Sequence record: OL362270.1
DNA: 43,359 bases
DNA from: Klebsiella phage 6937
Strand: one strand, 5' to 3'
Part shown: piece after piece, positions 33,698 through 43,181 of the stretch
How the letters are laid out: every line of letters begins with the position of its first letter
Numbering within the stretch: the first letter of the stretch is position 1
Notes under the pieces: generated by a model
Seen by the model: the letters and a program-made list of their open reading frames with translations, nothing else
Database searches by the model: none
Told to the model about the DNA's origin: nothing
Translations under genes and position numbers: made by a program

Positions 33698-35925
33698 TGG
33701 CAGAGACTCCAGTGGTGCAGGCTCCTGGGAAGGGGCCTATCCTTCCACAGCCATCCCCGGTACAGGTTCAGGTCCCACTGGCCAGCCAGGTGGCTCAATC
33801 AGGCGTACGGCCTACGGAAGCCCGCTTCGGTGTGGGTGGTTCCAGTGGCCGTGAGTCTATGGACATGCTCAACAATATCCATTCCGAAACGCTTCGTGCC
33901 CTGTCAGCTTTCTCCCCGCTTATCGCTGAGAAGCTGAAACAGGCGCAGGAAGATGAGTTCGCCAATGGGTACATGCGGCAGCTCCAAGGTGAGACGGTTG
34001 ATGACATTCGCGCTGAGCAACCCGACGGCGGCTTCTTCGGCGATGGTAGTGCCGTACGTGGGGCACAGGCGCGGCAGGCCGAGACTGCTGGCCAATCCAT
34101 GTTGCAGTATGTCCAGCAGAACCAAGGCGAGCTTACTCGCATGGACCTTGAGGGGCAGCGGCGGGCGATTGGTGCGTACGTTGAGGGGCTCAAGACAGGA
34201 GACCCCTCCAGCGACTTGATGATTGCACAGGGCGTCATGAAGATGATGCCTGCGGTACTGGACAACCTGGCACGCACTGCGGAGTCAGAGAACCAGCGCC
34301 AGGCCCAGGTGCAGCAGGCAGACGCTATGGCCGCAGCGGGCGACAGCCTGCGGTATGCGGAGAACGCCTTCCGTACCGGGCAGATGGGTGAGACAGCGTA
34401 CAACCAGGTCAAGGCCAACTATATCCAGATGGCCGGGCCGTTGCCAGGGCAGACTAACGCCAGCTACCGGGCTGCACTCACAGGTCAAATCATGCAGCTG
34501 TCCAAGGACGGCAGTCATGAGATGGCCAACCTGCTGTACGATAACCTGCTGCATGGGCAGCTTACGGCGGATGAGCGGTTGCAGATGGAAGGCCAGATTA
34601 AGGCCAGCCGTGCGGAGTGGCTCCTGAACAACCCGACCGCGTACGACTTCACTGAATATCGTGCGACGTTGGGTAGTCAGATTGATGGTGGCCGATACTC
34701 CACACAGGCGGAACTTGAGGCTGACATCGACCGCTACAACGCAGACTACAAGGCCCAGACGGGCTCCCTGGTCCCACTCATCGACAACAAAGAGAAGGGC
34801 CGGGCCGTATCCAGCTGGTTGGATTACAAGCAGCGTGCCGACGCAGCTAACCAGAAGCTCATGGCTTCCCAGATGGACGAGGCCGCTAAGATGGGCCTGT
34901 TCAAAGAAGGATATGCCAAGGGCAGCCCAAGCCAGATGCAGATGAGCGGTCTGGACAGCAAGCAGAAGTATGCCGTGGAGGCTACCGAAGCTGGGCGCTT
35001 TATGGAAGGTTCAGAAGCCTCTGCACGAGTTCTGGGACGCTTGGCCTCCAATGGATATACCAACCCGGTGATTACCGAGCAAATCGGCAACACTATGGGC
35101 ATCCTACGTGGTGGTGGTATTCCGAAGGCCGAGACTCTACAGCAATTGCAGCAGATTTATGGACAGCTTAAAGCGACCCCGTACGGCGCTGCGGCGACCG
35201 ATGCGTACTTCAAGGAAGACCTCCCGCTGATGGAGCGAATGGCGGGCATGGACATGACGGACAAGTCAAATGTGCAGGCTATTCGGGAAATGGCCAACGC
35301 CAACCGCATCGCCGTAACTGTGCCGAAGGATGTGCAGACCGCAGCCGCTGAGCTTGTCGACGACGAGTTCAAGCCTGGTGTGTTCAGCCGATGGTTCGGT
35401 GACGGCATTGAGCTGGGTGTGGGGTACGAGGCGCAGCTCAAGGATGAGATGAAGAAGCACGCCGGGGAGATTATGGCGCAGTCGCCTAACTCCAACCAGA
35501 AGAACGTGCTGGAGATGGCCAAGGCGCGGACACTCCGCAATAAGGACATCGCCGGTAATATGCTCATCACGGGCAGCAAGCCTGGCCAGTTCGTATCCGC
35601 TGTAAACCAGCACCTCAACGTCAAAGTGTCCGACCCGAAAGACACCCGCATCAACACGTTCATCACCGACGCTATAAAGCCGAAGATGCCGAACGGCCAG
35701 TCCTTCAACGTAGGTTCGGTGGCTATGCTTCCCAACGGGGAGTCAGTAGTCGTTACTGTAACCCGTGCGAATGGTGGCAACCAGAGCCTTGTGCTTAGCC
35801 TGAAAGATATCGCAGATATCCAGAACAATAAGCGCCAGGATTATACCCGCAAGTACCGAGACGCAATGAGTAAGGTCCAACCAGACCCATACGTGCTGTC
35901 CGGTATGGAACGCCCAGAGGAATAG
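33697..35925 (+). CDS. internal virion protein (gp15-like)
   Basis: 742 aa, helical. Coupled ATG. Confidence 0.6.
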   Translation: MAETPVVQAPGKGPILPQPSPVQVQVPLASQVAQSGVRPTEARFGVGGSSGRESMDMLNNIHSETLRALSAFSPLIAEKLKQAQEDEFANGYMRQLQGETVDDIRAEQPDGGFFGDGSAVRGAQARQAETAGQSMLQYVQQNQGELTRMDLEGQRRAIGAYVEGLKTGDPSSDLMIAQGVMKMMPAVLDNLARTAESENQRQAQVQQADAMAAAGDSLRYAENAFRTGQMGETAYNQVKANYIQMAGPLPGQTNASYRAALTGQIMQLSKDGSHEMANLLYDNLLHGQLTADERLQMEGQIKASRAEWLLNNPTAYDFTEYRATLGSQIDGGRYSTQAELEADIDRYNADYKAQTGSLVPLIDNKEKGRAVSSWLDYKQRADAANQKLMASQMDEAAKMGLFKEGYAKGSPSQMQMSGLDSKQKYAVEATEAGRFMEGSEASARVLGRLASNGYTNPVITEQIGNTMGILRGGGIPKAETLQQLQQIYGQLKATPYGAAATDAYFKEDLPLMERMAGMDMTDKSNVQAIREMANANRIAVTVPKDVQTAAAELVDDEFKPGVFSRWFGDGIELGVGYEAQLKDEMKKHAGEIMAQSPNSNQKNVLEMAKARTLRNKDIAGNMLITGSKPGQFVSAVNQHLNVKVSDPKDTRINTFITDAIKPKMPNGQSFNVGSVAMLPNGESVVVTVTRANGGNQSLVLSLKDIADIQNNKRQDYTRKYRDAMSKVQPDPYVLSGMERPEE

Positions 35926-35928
35926 TAG

Positions 35929-38900
35929 ATGGCTGAGTTTAAAGTAGCGCTAGACAAAAGCACGCCGTATGACGAGATGGCTCGCGCCACCGAGGAGAAA
36001 TACGGACTGCCAGAGGGCCTGCTAAAGACTACCCTGCTGATTGAGAACCGTAACAACATCAAGAACCGCGTGTCCCCGAAAGGGGCGCGTGGCATCGGGC
36101 AGATTATGCCAGCCACCGCAAAGGGCCTGGGCTATCAGCCAGAGGATGCTGACGACCCGGTTAAGTCCATTGAGATGATGGGCAAGCTGTACGCCGAGCT
36201 GAATAAGACGTACAACGGCGACGTGGGGGCCATGATGGCCCACTACAACGGTGGTACGGCAGCCGGGTCTGCGTACGTGGCTGGTAAGAATTTAAACCCG
36301 GAGACGGCGGACTATATCAAGTACGCCTCGCCATACCTGGAGCAGACTGGTAAACCTTCGAAGTACCAGACCCAACTCCAGGGCGCTATGGACGAGACTT
36401 TGCTGGGAGAAGCACCGAGTGACTCCGCTATCTTCAACGAGACCGAGGGAGACGAATCCTTAGGACAGGACCTCTCTGCTAAATTCGAGAAGCAGCTGCA
36501 AGATGAGGCGCAGTTCTTCAACCTCTCGTTGTGGGAAGCGGCTAAGACCGGCTTCCGCAGCACAATGACCGACGCTATTGCCCATGCGTATTCCCGCGAG
36601 GACGATATCGACTTTAACCTGACTCAGGCGCACTTCGACCGCATCCAGCAGGAGTTCCCGAATGGGCTCGACCAGTCATCAACGGATAAACTTTACAACT
36701 CTCGAAGCGACTCTGACTTCGAGTTCAACCTCGGACGCATTAGAGATTCGCAGAAGTTTGCACAGACGCTTGGCTTCCAATCTGGCCTTGACAAGTACGC
36801 AGGTTATGCGGCTACGTTCGCAGGAGGCCTGGCTGACCCTGCGGCCCTGCCAGCAGGCACCTTCGGCCTGGCTGGGCGTATCATCAAGGGCGGTAGTATC
36901 ACCGCAAGTGCTGGTCGCATGGCTGTTGAGGGTGCTGCTGCTGGTGCCATTGTGTCGCCTATTGTACAGTTCTCAGACAAGGGCACAGTCTCTGCTGAGG
37001 AACTCCTGGAGAACATGGCAGCGTCTGCGGTCATGTCTACGGCAATCGGTGGAATCCTGTCTCGTGTGGGAAATCCAAAGGGGTGGCGAGAGGAAGTTGA
37101 CGCCTCGGTCACTGGACGTGTGGACGGCAATCCCGACTTCGTGGGTCCTCAACGACCTAAGCCAGTGGATTCTGAGGGTGATGTTGTAGACTTCCGCAAC
37201 GCCACGGACACGTCGGTATCCACAGACGGCGCTATCAGCGGCGTCGGCCCTACTGCGGTCAAGCGTGCTGCTGCGGAGTGGGACGAGACACCGGATATTG
37301 GCACCGAAGCTATCCAGGCCCGCCGCCAGAAGTATTACGGCAGCAAATGGCGTGAGAAAATCTTCGGGTGGTCTGACTCTGAGGGTGTGCGTCTCGCAAC
37401 CTCTGAGAGCAAGATTGCACGGTTCGTCGGCGCTATGTGGGCCGGTAACTCCGGCGCGATTGGCAAGGTAGAGGCGCGTACGGCCGCTGTGTTGAAGGAC
37501 CAGCTCAAGGAGCAGCTCGACTTCACCTACATCCCTGCGATGAAGGAGATTTACGAAGGCTACCTGACACCTGGCCAGAAGTACGACTACATGGCTGGCG
37601 GTTCCAGAGATGCCCAGCGGGCCTTCTCACGCGAGGTTCAGCTGGAGCGTTATCGTCACCGCGAGTACCGGATGCAGAACGAGAACAGCAGCAAGGGCTA
37701 CCAGTCAACAGCCCCGGCCGCTATTCAGCGTGCAGCCAAGCTCCTGGACGACCACTACGCAGACACCAAAGCCATGCACATGCAGGCCCAGACGGAGCAC
37801 GCTGCACAGCTCAAGGACAGTGACCCAATCGGGTACATTGAGCAGCGCCCGGACTTCGTTAAGCTGCAAAGCTCGGATACCGCGACTCGCAAAGCATTCC
37901 TGGAAATGGTCAAAGACGACTACCGCGCAGAGGCTCAGGCCAAGATTAACAAGATGCGCGGTGAGCGTGAGGCTTGGATTGCCCAGGCGTATAAGCGTGC
38001 CGAGCAGGCCCTGGATGGTCAGAAGGGCGAGGGCAAGCCAACTAACCCTCTGTGGGTTGGCGAGTTCCTCAAGGACCCGGACGCATACTTCGACAAGCAC
38101 ATCACCCAGCTCTCGAAGAAGATTGCAGCTGAGATGGACCGGCGTGCCAGCCACTGGTGGGATAACGCCCTCAGCGACCCTGAGACGCGCTATCAGAACT
38201 CAGAGGCGTCATTGCTCAGCTTAGCGCGTGAGATGTCTGACGAGTGGTTCACTGGCCGTGAGGTCGATGCTGAGCTGGTTAAGTCGTTCCAGCAGGCACT
38301 GACCAGCAAATGGGCAGACACTTCCCGCCGGGAGCTGCGCATGACCAATAGCCGCCAAGTTAACGGTGAGACGGTCTACCTGCTCGACATGTTCCAGCAC
38401 GACGTATTCGGCACTATGTCGAACAACATCGCGGATACTGCCGGGCGTGTTGCTATGGCCAAGATGGGGTGGAAGACAGAACAGGATATCGCAGACACTC
38501 TGTCCGCTATGCGTGAAGAGGGTGTGCCTACTCGTGAGCTGGAAGCTGCGAAGCACATTAGCGACCTGATTCTGAACCGGGCCCGTGGCCTGGATAACAA
38601 CCCGCTGGTTATGGCGGCAAGCAACCTCACCCACGCAGCTATGATGGGCAAGCTCGGTACGTCGATTCTGGCGGACCTGCCAACCATTATCGGCAACCTC
38701 GGTATCGGCGGTATGACTCGCGCTCTGGGAGACATGGCTAAGCAGGTTGTTAACGGCGAGCTGTTCGTCAAGAACGGGCGCAAGACTGCATTGGGTAACG
38801 ACCTGGACGCTTACCTTACCGGCCTGAACGGGCACGACCACGAGCTGTGGATTCCCCAGCAGATTAACTCTGACGGCCAGGCTATGGAGATGTCCGGTTC

Positions 38901-39756
38901 TATCCTGCGCCGCTCTGCGGCCGCTGCTCGGTTTACCAACACCCTGAGCTTTGCTAACGCTATCAGCCGCTCTATCGGCACAGCTGTGACCCGTACCACC
39001 AACAAGGCACTGCACAAGTACCTGCGGACGGGTAAGGGTATCAGCGATGCACGTATGGCAGATGCTGGTATGTCGGCCAAGCTGCGCCAGCGTATCAAGG
39101 CACAGTTCGACGCCCACGGCGGCAAGAATGACTTCGGCCTGGATAAGTGGACGGACCCATATGCGAAGGAGAGCTTCATCTCAATCGCACACCGCTTCAC
39201 CAACCAGAACCGCATCGACCACCAATCAGCAGGAGAACTTCCGAAGTGGACCCGCGACAACATGCTCGGCGTTCTATTTGGCCGTTTCCGTACAATTGGG
39301 ATTCGAGCCCAGGAGAAACTTCTTGTCCGAAATTTAACGATGGCAGACAGCAACACCCTGGCAATGTTAACCGCTGGGTTGGCCTTCACTACCTTCCTGG
39401 CGTACGGTCGTATCTACTTAGACGCTGCCACATCGAAGGACGGTGCGAAGGTGCTGAAAGAGCGCCTCACTCCGATGGGCGTGGCGAATACAGTGACCCG
39501 TCTGTCATCGGTAACTGGCCTGGCCTCCGAGGGTCTTGGCCTGCTGGACTTGATGACGGGTGGCGGCGTTAAGGGTGCTGGTGATACCCCGCTTACCGGG
39601 GCTATCGGAAACATCACAGGTGCCCTCGGAGCTACTGGTTCGGCCATTACCGGGAATGGTGAGTGGTCTCAGGCTGGTGCGGCTTCCTTCAAGCTGCTGC
39701 CAGGTGCTAACACCTACTTGCTGATGGGATTGCAGAAAGCTATCAATGACGACTAA
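35929..39756 (+). CDS. internal virion protein with N-terminal lytic transglycosylase domain (gp16-like)
   Basis: 1275 aa. The N-terminus LLKTTLLIENRNNIKNRVSPKGARGIGQIMPATAKGLGY matches the SLT-domain signature (catalytic Glu, then GxxQ). Confidence 0.8.
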   Translation: MAEFKVALDKSTPYDEMARATEEKYGLPEGLLKTTLLIENRNNIKNRVSPKGARGIGQIMPATAKGLGYQPEDADDPVKSIEMMGKLYAELNKTYNGDVGAMMAHYNGGTAAGSAYVAGKNLNPETADYIKYASPYLEQTGKPSKYQTQLQGAMDETLLGEAPSDSAIFNETEGDESLGQDLSAKFEKQLQDEAQFFNLSLWEAAKTGFRSTMTDAIAHAYSREDDIDFNLTQAHFDRIQQEFPNGLDQSSTDKLYNSRSDSDFEFNLGRIRDSQKFAQTLGFQSGLDKYAGYAATFAGGLADPAALPAGTFGLAGRIIKGGSITASAGRMAVEGAAAGAIVSPIVQFSDKGTVSAEELLENMAASAVMSTAIGGILSRVGNPKGWREEVDASVTGRVDGNPDFVGPQRPKPVDSEGDVVDFRNATDTSVSTDGAISGVGPTAVKRAAAEWDETPDIGTEAIQARRQKYYGSKWREKIFGWSDSEGVRLATSESKIARFVGAMWAGNSGAIGKVEARTAAVLKDQLKEQLDFTYIPAMKEIYEGYLTPGQKYDYMAGGSRDAQRAFSREVQLERYRHREYRMQNENSSKGYQSTAPAAIQRAAKLLDDHYADTKAMHMQAQTEHAAQLKDSDPIGYIEQRPDFVKLQSSDTATRKAFLEMVKDDYRAEAQAKINKMRGEREAWIAQAYKRAEQALDGQKGEGKPTNPLWVGEFLKDPDAYFDKHITQLSKKIAAEMDRRASHWWDNALSDPETRYQNSEASLLSLAREMSDEWFTGREVDAELVKSFQQALTSKWADTSRRELRMTNSRQVNGETVYLLDMFQHDVFGTMSNNIADTAGRVAMAKMGWKTEQDIADTLSAMREEGVPTRELEAAKHISDLILNRARGLDNNPLVMAASNLTHAAMMGKLGTSILADLPTIIGNLGIGGMTRALGDMAKQVVNGELFVKNGRKTALGNDLDAYLTGLNGHDHELWIPQQINSDGQAMEMSGSILRRSAAAARFTNTLSFANAISRSIGTAVTRTTNKALHKYLRTGKGISDARMADAGMSAKLRQRIKAQFDAHGGKNDFGLDKWTDPYAKESFISIAHRFTNQNRIDHQSAGELPKWTRDNMLGVLFGRFRTIGIRAQEKLLVRNLTMADSNTLAMLTAGLAFTTFLAYGRIYLDAATSKDGAKVLKERLTPMGVANTVTRLSSVTGLASEGLGLLDLMTGGGVKGAGDTPLTGAIGNITGALGATGSAITGNGEWSQAGAASFKLLPGANTYLLMGLQKAINDD

Positions 39757-39776
39757 TCAATAGCCAGGGATGGCTG

Positions 39777-39798
39777 ATTAGTTACACTCTAAGAACAC
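39777..39798 (+). promoter_or_regulatory. phage-RNAP late promoter (exact consensus) upstream of tailspike
   Basis: ATTAGTTACACTCTAAGAACAC exact. It is 25 nt upstream of ATG 39823. Confidence 0.7.
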
Positions 39799-39822
39799 TA
39801 TACGAAACAATGAGGCTCCTAG

Positions 39823-42396
39823 ATGGATAAGTCGACCCTTGATTGGATGACATCGAACTCCACAGAACCTGACTACCGTACTATGGTGACGTACACTGCC
39901 GACGGCATTACGGACCAGTACGAATTTAACTTCCCCGGTGGTTATCTGAACAAGGCCGACATCAAAGCCTACATGTTCGACCCAGAAGGTGTTGTACGTA
40001 CCGACCTCACTGTAGAGTTCATCGCAGATAATCTGGTCAAGCTGGCACCTGCGCAGAAGGAAGGTAATCAGGTCACTATTTACCGCGACACACCAAAAGA
40101 ACTCCCGCTGGTCAGCTTTACAGACGGCGCTATGATTGAGGCACGCAACCTCGACCGTAACGCAAAGCAGTGCATCTTTGCAGTAGCTGAAATCCTGGAC
40201 AAGTACAATATCGTGTACAGCCAAGTCGAGCTGGCCGAGATGTACGCACAGGCGGCTGCCGTTGCTGCAACGCAGGCCCAGGAACAAGCAGCATTCGTAC
40301 AGAGCATCTACGACCGATTTAAGCTGACGGACGACATGATTGCTGAGGTGGAAGTTGCACGAGACACGGCTGTGTCTAGCGCATCAATTGCCAACTCTGC
40401 CGCTATTCGCGCAGAAGCAGCAAGCCAGGCCGCTATCGCGTCTAGCAACCTGTATCAGGATAATGCAGAGGCACAGGCCAAGATTAACTCAGGTGCCATC
40501 CCTAATGGCGGCTACTTCTACATCATCTCCCCGAACGACAAAGAGATTGCGCTCCTGTACCGAAACAACGGCGGCACGATTGTACCGGTGATGTCTGGAA
40601 CAGGCACTCAGAAGTCAATCCCGACGAAAGAGGCTATCGACTCCATCCTCAAACTGATTCGAGACATGCCGACTATGTTGCCAATTCTGGCGCTGGCGGA
40701 TTCTCGCGGTTACATCGGTTTCAGGGTTGAGCAGAACGGCTCTATCTACAGCGGAGACCACATCGAGATTACGTCCGATGGAATCACACTGCGAGATGTA
40801 GGTGTTGAGAAGGACGTCCTCGACCTTGGCGGACTGCGCATTGAGCGTGCTGATGGTATTGGCCTCCGAGTAGTGGGCGATGGCGGGTACTATCTTGATA
40901 TCATCGACAGCACCGGCAAACCTGCGTGGGCTGACGTGGCCCCTAGTCCTGACCCGGACCCAGAGCCGGGAGGTTGGGATGAGCGCACCTTCGTGAATGC
41001 GCTGACTGGTGTTGCTAAAGGTGTGTCTGCTGGCCTGACCAATAAGCGCAACTACCGCACCCAGGCACCGAACTGCAACTATAACCACTTCATCATGTAT
41101 GGGCAATCACTGTCTACGGGTTATGAGGGCTGGCCTGCGCTATCCGGCGTAGACACTAGACTCGGTAATCTGATGTACGGCGATGCGCCACGCCCGGCCT
41201 CCGGCGGTGGTACTCAGTTTGACCCGGTAAACGGCGTTAATGCGTTCCGTCCGCTTCAAGCTGTGGTTACTGGCGGCGGTGCCAACCGCACCGTGCTGTC
41301 CGAGATTGAGGTTGCTGCACTTAACCGTGGGGCAGGTAATGAGGGTGAGTCTCCGATTGTATCCTGTGTGAACTACATTCGGGAGCAGTATTACAACATC
41401 TTCAACCTCAAGAGCGACGACGAGCACAAGTTCGTTGCATCTTGTACTGGCGTTGCTGGGCGTAGTATCGAGGCGCTATCTAAGGGTGCTGACCCGGAGC
41501 TGTACAACCGCTTCCGCCAGGCTGTTGAGCGTGCTAAGGCGCTGGCAGACGCAGAGGGTAAGACCTACTGTGTACCGGCTATCTTCTTCGCACAAGGCGA
41601 ATGGAACTACACCTCCAGCGGTACTAACGACTACAGCGAGTACCTATCCCTCCTGGAGAAGCTGCGGAACGACATGGTGGCTGAGGTTTACCGCATTTGC
41701 GGAGCAGCGCAAGAGCACGACCCTGCGTTCATCATCTACCAGACTGGTGCCGGGTATACGTCTGCTACGGACCTTATCAACGTGGGGCGGGCACAGCTGG
41801 ACTTCGCAAATAACACGCCAGGGGTGTACATGAGCGGCCCGGTGTATCAGTACACCGACAAGGGCGGCCACTTAGACCCTAACGGCTACCGGGCATTTGG
41901 CCAGAAGTTCGGTGAAGCGTACGTGACATCCTGCCTTCTGCGTAGTGGGTGGTTCCCGGTGCAGCCTGTCAAGTACGTCCGCAAAGGGCCGGTAATCTAC
42001 GGCAGCTTCGCAGCACCGGGGCCGCTGAACTTCCAGCGCCCGTACGTGTTCGGAACCGCTACGGATTACGTCCACAAAGGGTTCATTGTCAAGACCACCG
42101 ACGGCAACGTGCGCCTCACTGTCTCCGCTGTAGAGCTTATCACGGACTCCGTGGTTAAGATTACGCTGGCGCAGGAGCCTACCGTATCCGTCGATGTGGT
42201 GTACGCAGACAGGACTCACCACGGCGGTAACGGCTGCCTTGTCGACATGAGCGACACTTGGGCCAAGTACAACTACGTGTGGAATGCGGGCACCGGGCAG
42301 TACCCGGAGCACAATATCCCGGCGCTAATCGGCAAGCCTAGCGATATGCGTAACTGGTGTGTAGCACACCGTAAGACTGTTGAGGTTATAAGCTAA
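39823..42396 (+). CDS. tailspike with T7 gp17-like N-terminal adaptor and C-terminal SASA/SGNH-type carbohydrate esterase domain
   Basis: N-terminus: MDKSTLDWMTSNSTEPDYRTMVTYTADGITDQYEF... is typical of the particle-binding domain. Later motifs: GQSLSTG (GQSN-like nucleophile block), FFAQGEWN (QGE block) and DKGGHLDPNGYRAFGQKFGEAY (His block). Confidence 0.75.
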   Translation: MDKSTLDWMTSNSTEPDYRTMVTYTADGITDQYEFNFPGGYLNKADIKAYMFDPEGVVRTDLTVEFIADNLVKLAPAQKEGNQVTIYRDTPKELPLVSFTDGAMIEARNLDRNAKQCIFAVAEILDKYNIVYSQVELAEMYAQAAAVAATQAQEQAAFVQSIYDRFKLTDDMIAEVEVARDTAVSSASIANSAAIRAEAASQAAIASSNLYQDNAEAQAKINSGAIPNGGYFYIISPNDKEIALLYRNNGGTIVPVMSGTGTQKSIPTKEAIDSILKLIRDMPTMLPILALADSRGYIGFRVEQNGSIYSGDHIEITSDGITLRDVGVEKDVLDLGGLRIERADGIGLRVVGDGGYYLDIIDSTGKPAWADVAPSPDPDPEPGGWDERTFVNALTGVAKGVSAGLTNKRNYRTQAPNCNYNHFIMYGQSLSTGYEGWPALSGVDTRLGNLMYGDAPRPASGGGTQFDPVNGVNAFRPLQAVVTGGGANRTVLSEIEVAALNRGAGNEGESPIVSCVNYIREQYYNIFNLKSDDEHKFVASCTGVAGRSIEALSKGADPELYNRFRQAVERAKALADAEGKTYCVPAIFFAQGEWNYTSSGTNDYSEYLSLLEKLRNDMVAEVYRICGAAQEHDPAFIIYQTGAGYTSATDLINVGRAQLDFANNTPGVYMSGPVYQYTDKGGHLDPNGYRAFGQKFGEAYVTSCLLRSGWFPVQPVKYVRKGPVIYGSFAAPGPLNFQRPYVFGTATDYVHKGFIVKTTDGNVRLTVSAVELITDSVVKITLAQEPTVSVDVVYADRTHHGGNGCLVDMSDTWAKYNYVWNAGTGQYPEHNIPALIGKPSDMRNWCVAHRKTVEVIS

Positions 42397-43166
42397 TGGC
42401 AGGTATTCTCCTGACTGCGGGGGGGCTCGACCTCTCCAAATATGCAAACGGCATGGTGTTCCCGTATATGGACACCTGCGCGTACATGAACATCTTTACC
42501 CGTGGTGTGGACCTAACCCGCAACCTGGCACCTGGTAAGAAGCGTGCATCCCTCGTGGGCTCTCCCACGTTCAATGATGGGTATGTGCGCTTCAATAACC
42601 AGAACTACCTGCAAACGGATGTGGACCATACCAATGAGTATGCGATTGTCGCGGTGTCGCGAGCACCGGACCCTTCTGCCGAGTCTATGGTAGTGTCGAA
42701 CTACGGTTCCGACCGTACAGATGGGTTTGGTACGGGCACCACGAATGGCATGTCCTTCATGCACCGAGCGTCCACCTCCGGGTTTGCGAACATGATTCAG
42801 TTCTACCGGCGCGCCGGGGATACCTCAGACAAGCAGGGCGGCCCGTCCCTATCTAACGCAGAAGGGCAGCGTGGTAAGTTCATCCTCCACCTGATGTCTA
42901 CCAGAGGGGCTCCCGGCTCCTCCGGCCAGTACATTGGGCTGTGGGATGCTACTGGCGGGATGAGGAATAACAATGCGCCAATGAACGATACCACCTTCGC
43001 ACGCGGCTCTAAGCTGCGTGTTGGCGGTGCGTATGCATTTGGTGCAAACACCGGGGCAGATATCGCATTCGTAGGTATCTGGAACCGCGCCATGACTGAT
43101 GCAGAGCTGGTTGCTGTACGTGACTTCGCTCGCACTGTAGTTGGCTTCAACGGTATCACTGTTTAA
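42396..43166 (+). CDS. LamG/ConA-like jelly-roll domain protein (second tail fibre/adhesin candidate)
   Basis: 256 aa. Coupled ATG. The C-terminal DIAFVGIWNRAMTDAELVAVRDFA resembles the terminal strand/helix of laminin-G/pentraxin-type lectin domains. Confidence 0.45.
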   Translation: MAGILLTAGGLDLSKYANGMVFPYMDTCAYMNIFTRGVDLTRNLAPGKKRASLVGSPTFNDGYVRFNNQNYLQTDVDHTNEYAIVAVSRAPDPSAESMVVSNYGSDRTDGFGTGTTNGMSFMHRASTSGFANMIQFYRRAGDTSDKQGGPSLSNAEGQRGKFILHLMSTRGAPGSSGQYIGLWDATGGMRNNNAPMNDTTFARGSKLRVGGAYAFGANTGADIAFVGIWNRAMTDAELVAVRDFARTVVGFNGITV

Positions 43167-43181
43167 ATAAGGGAGCCCGAC

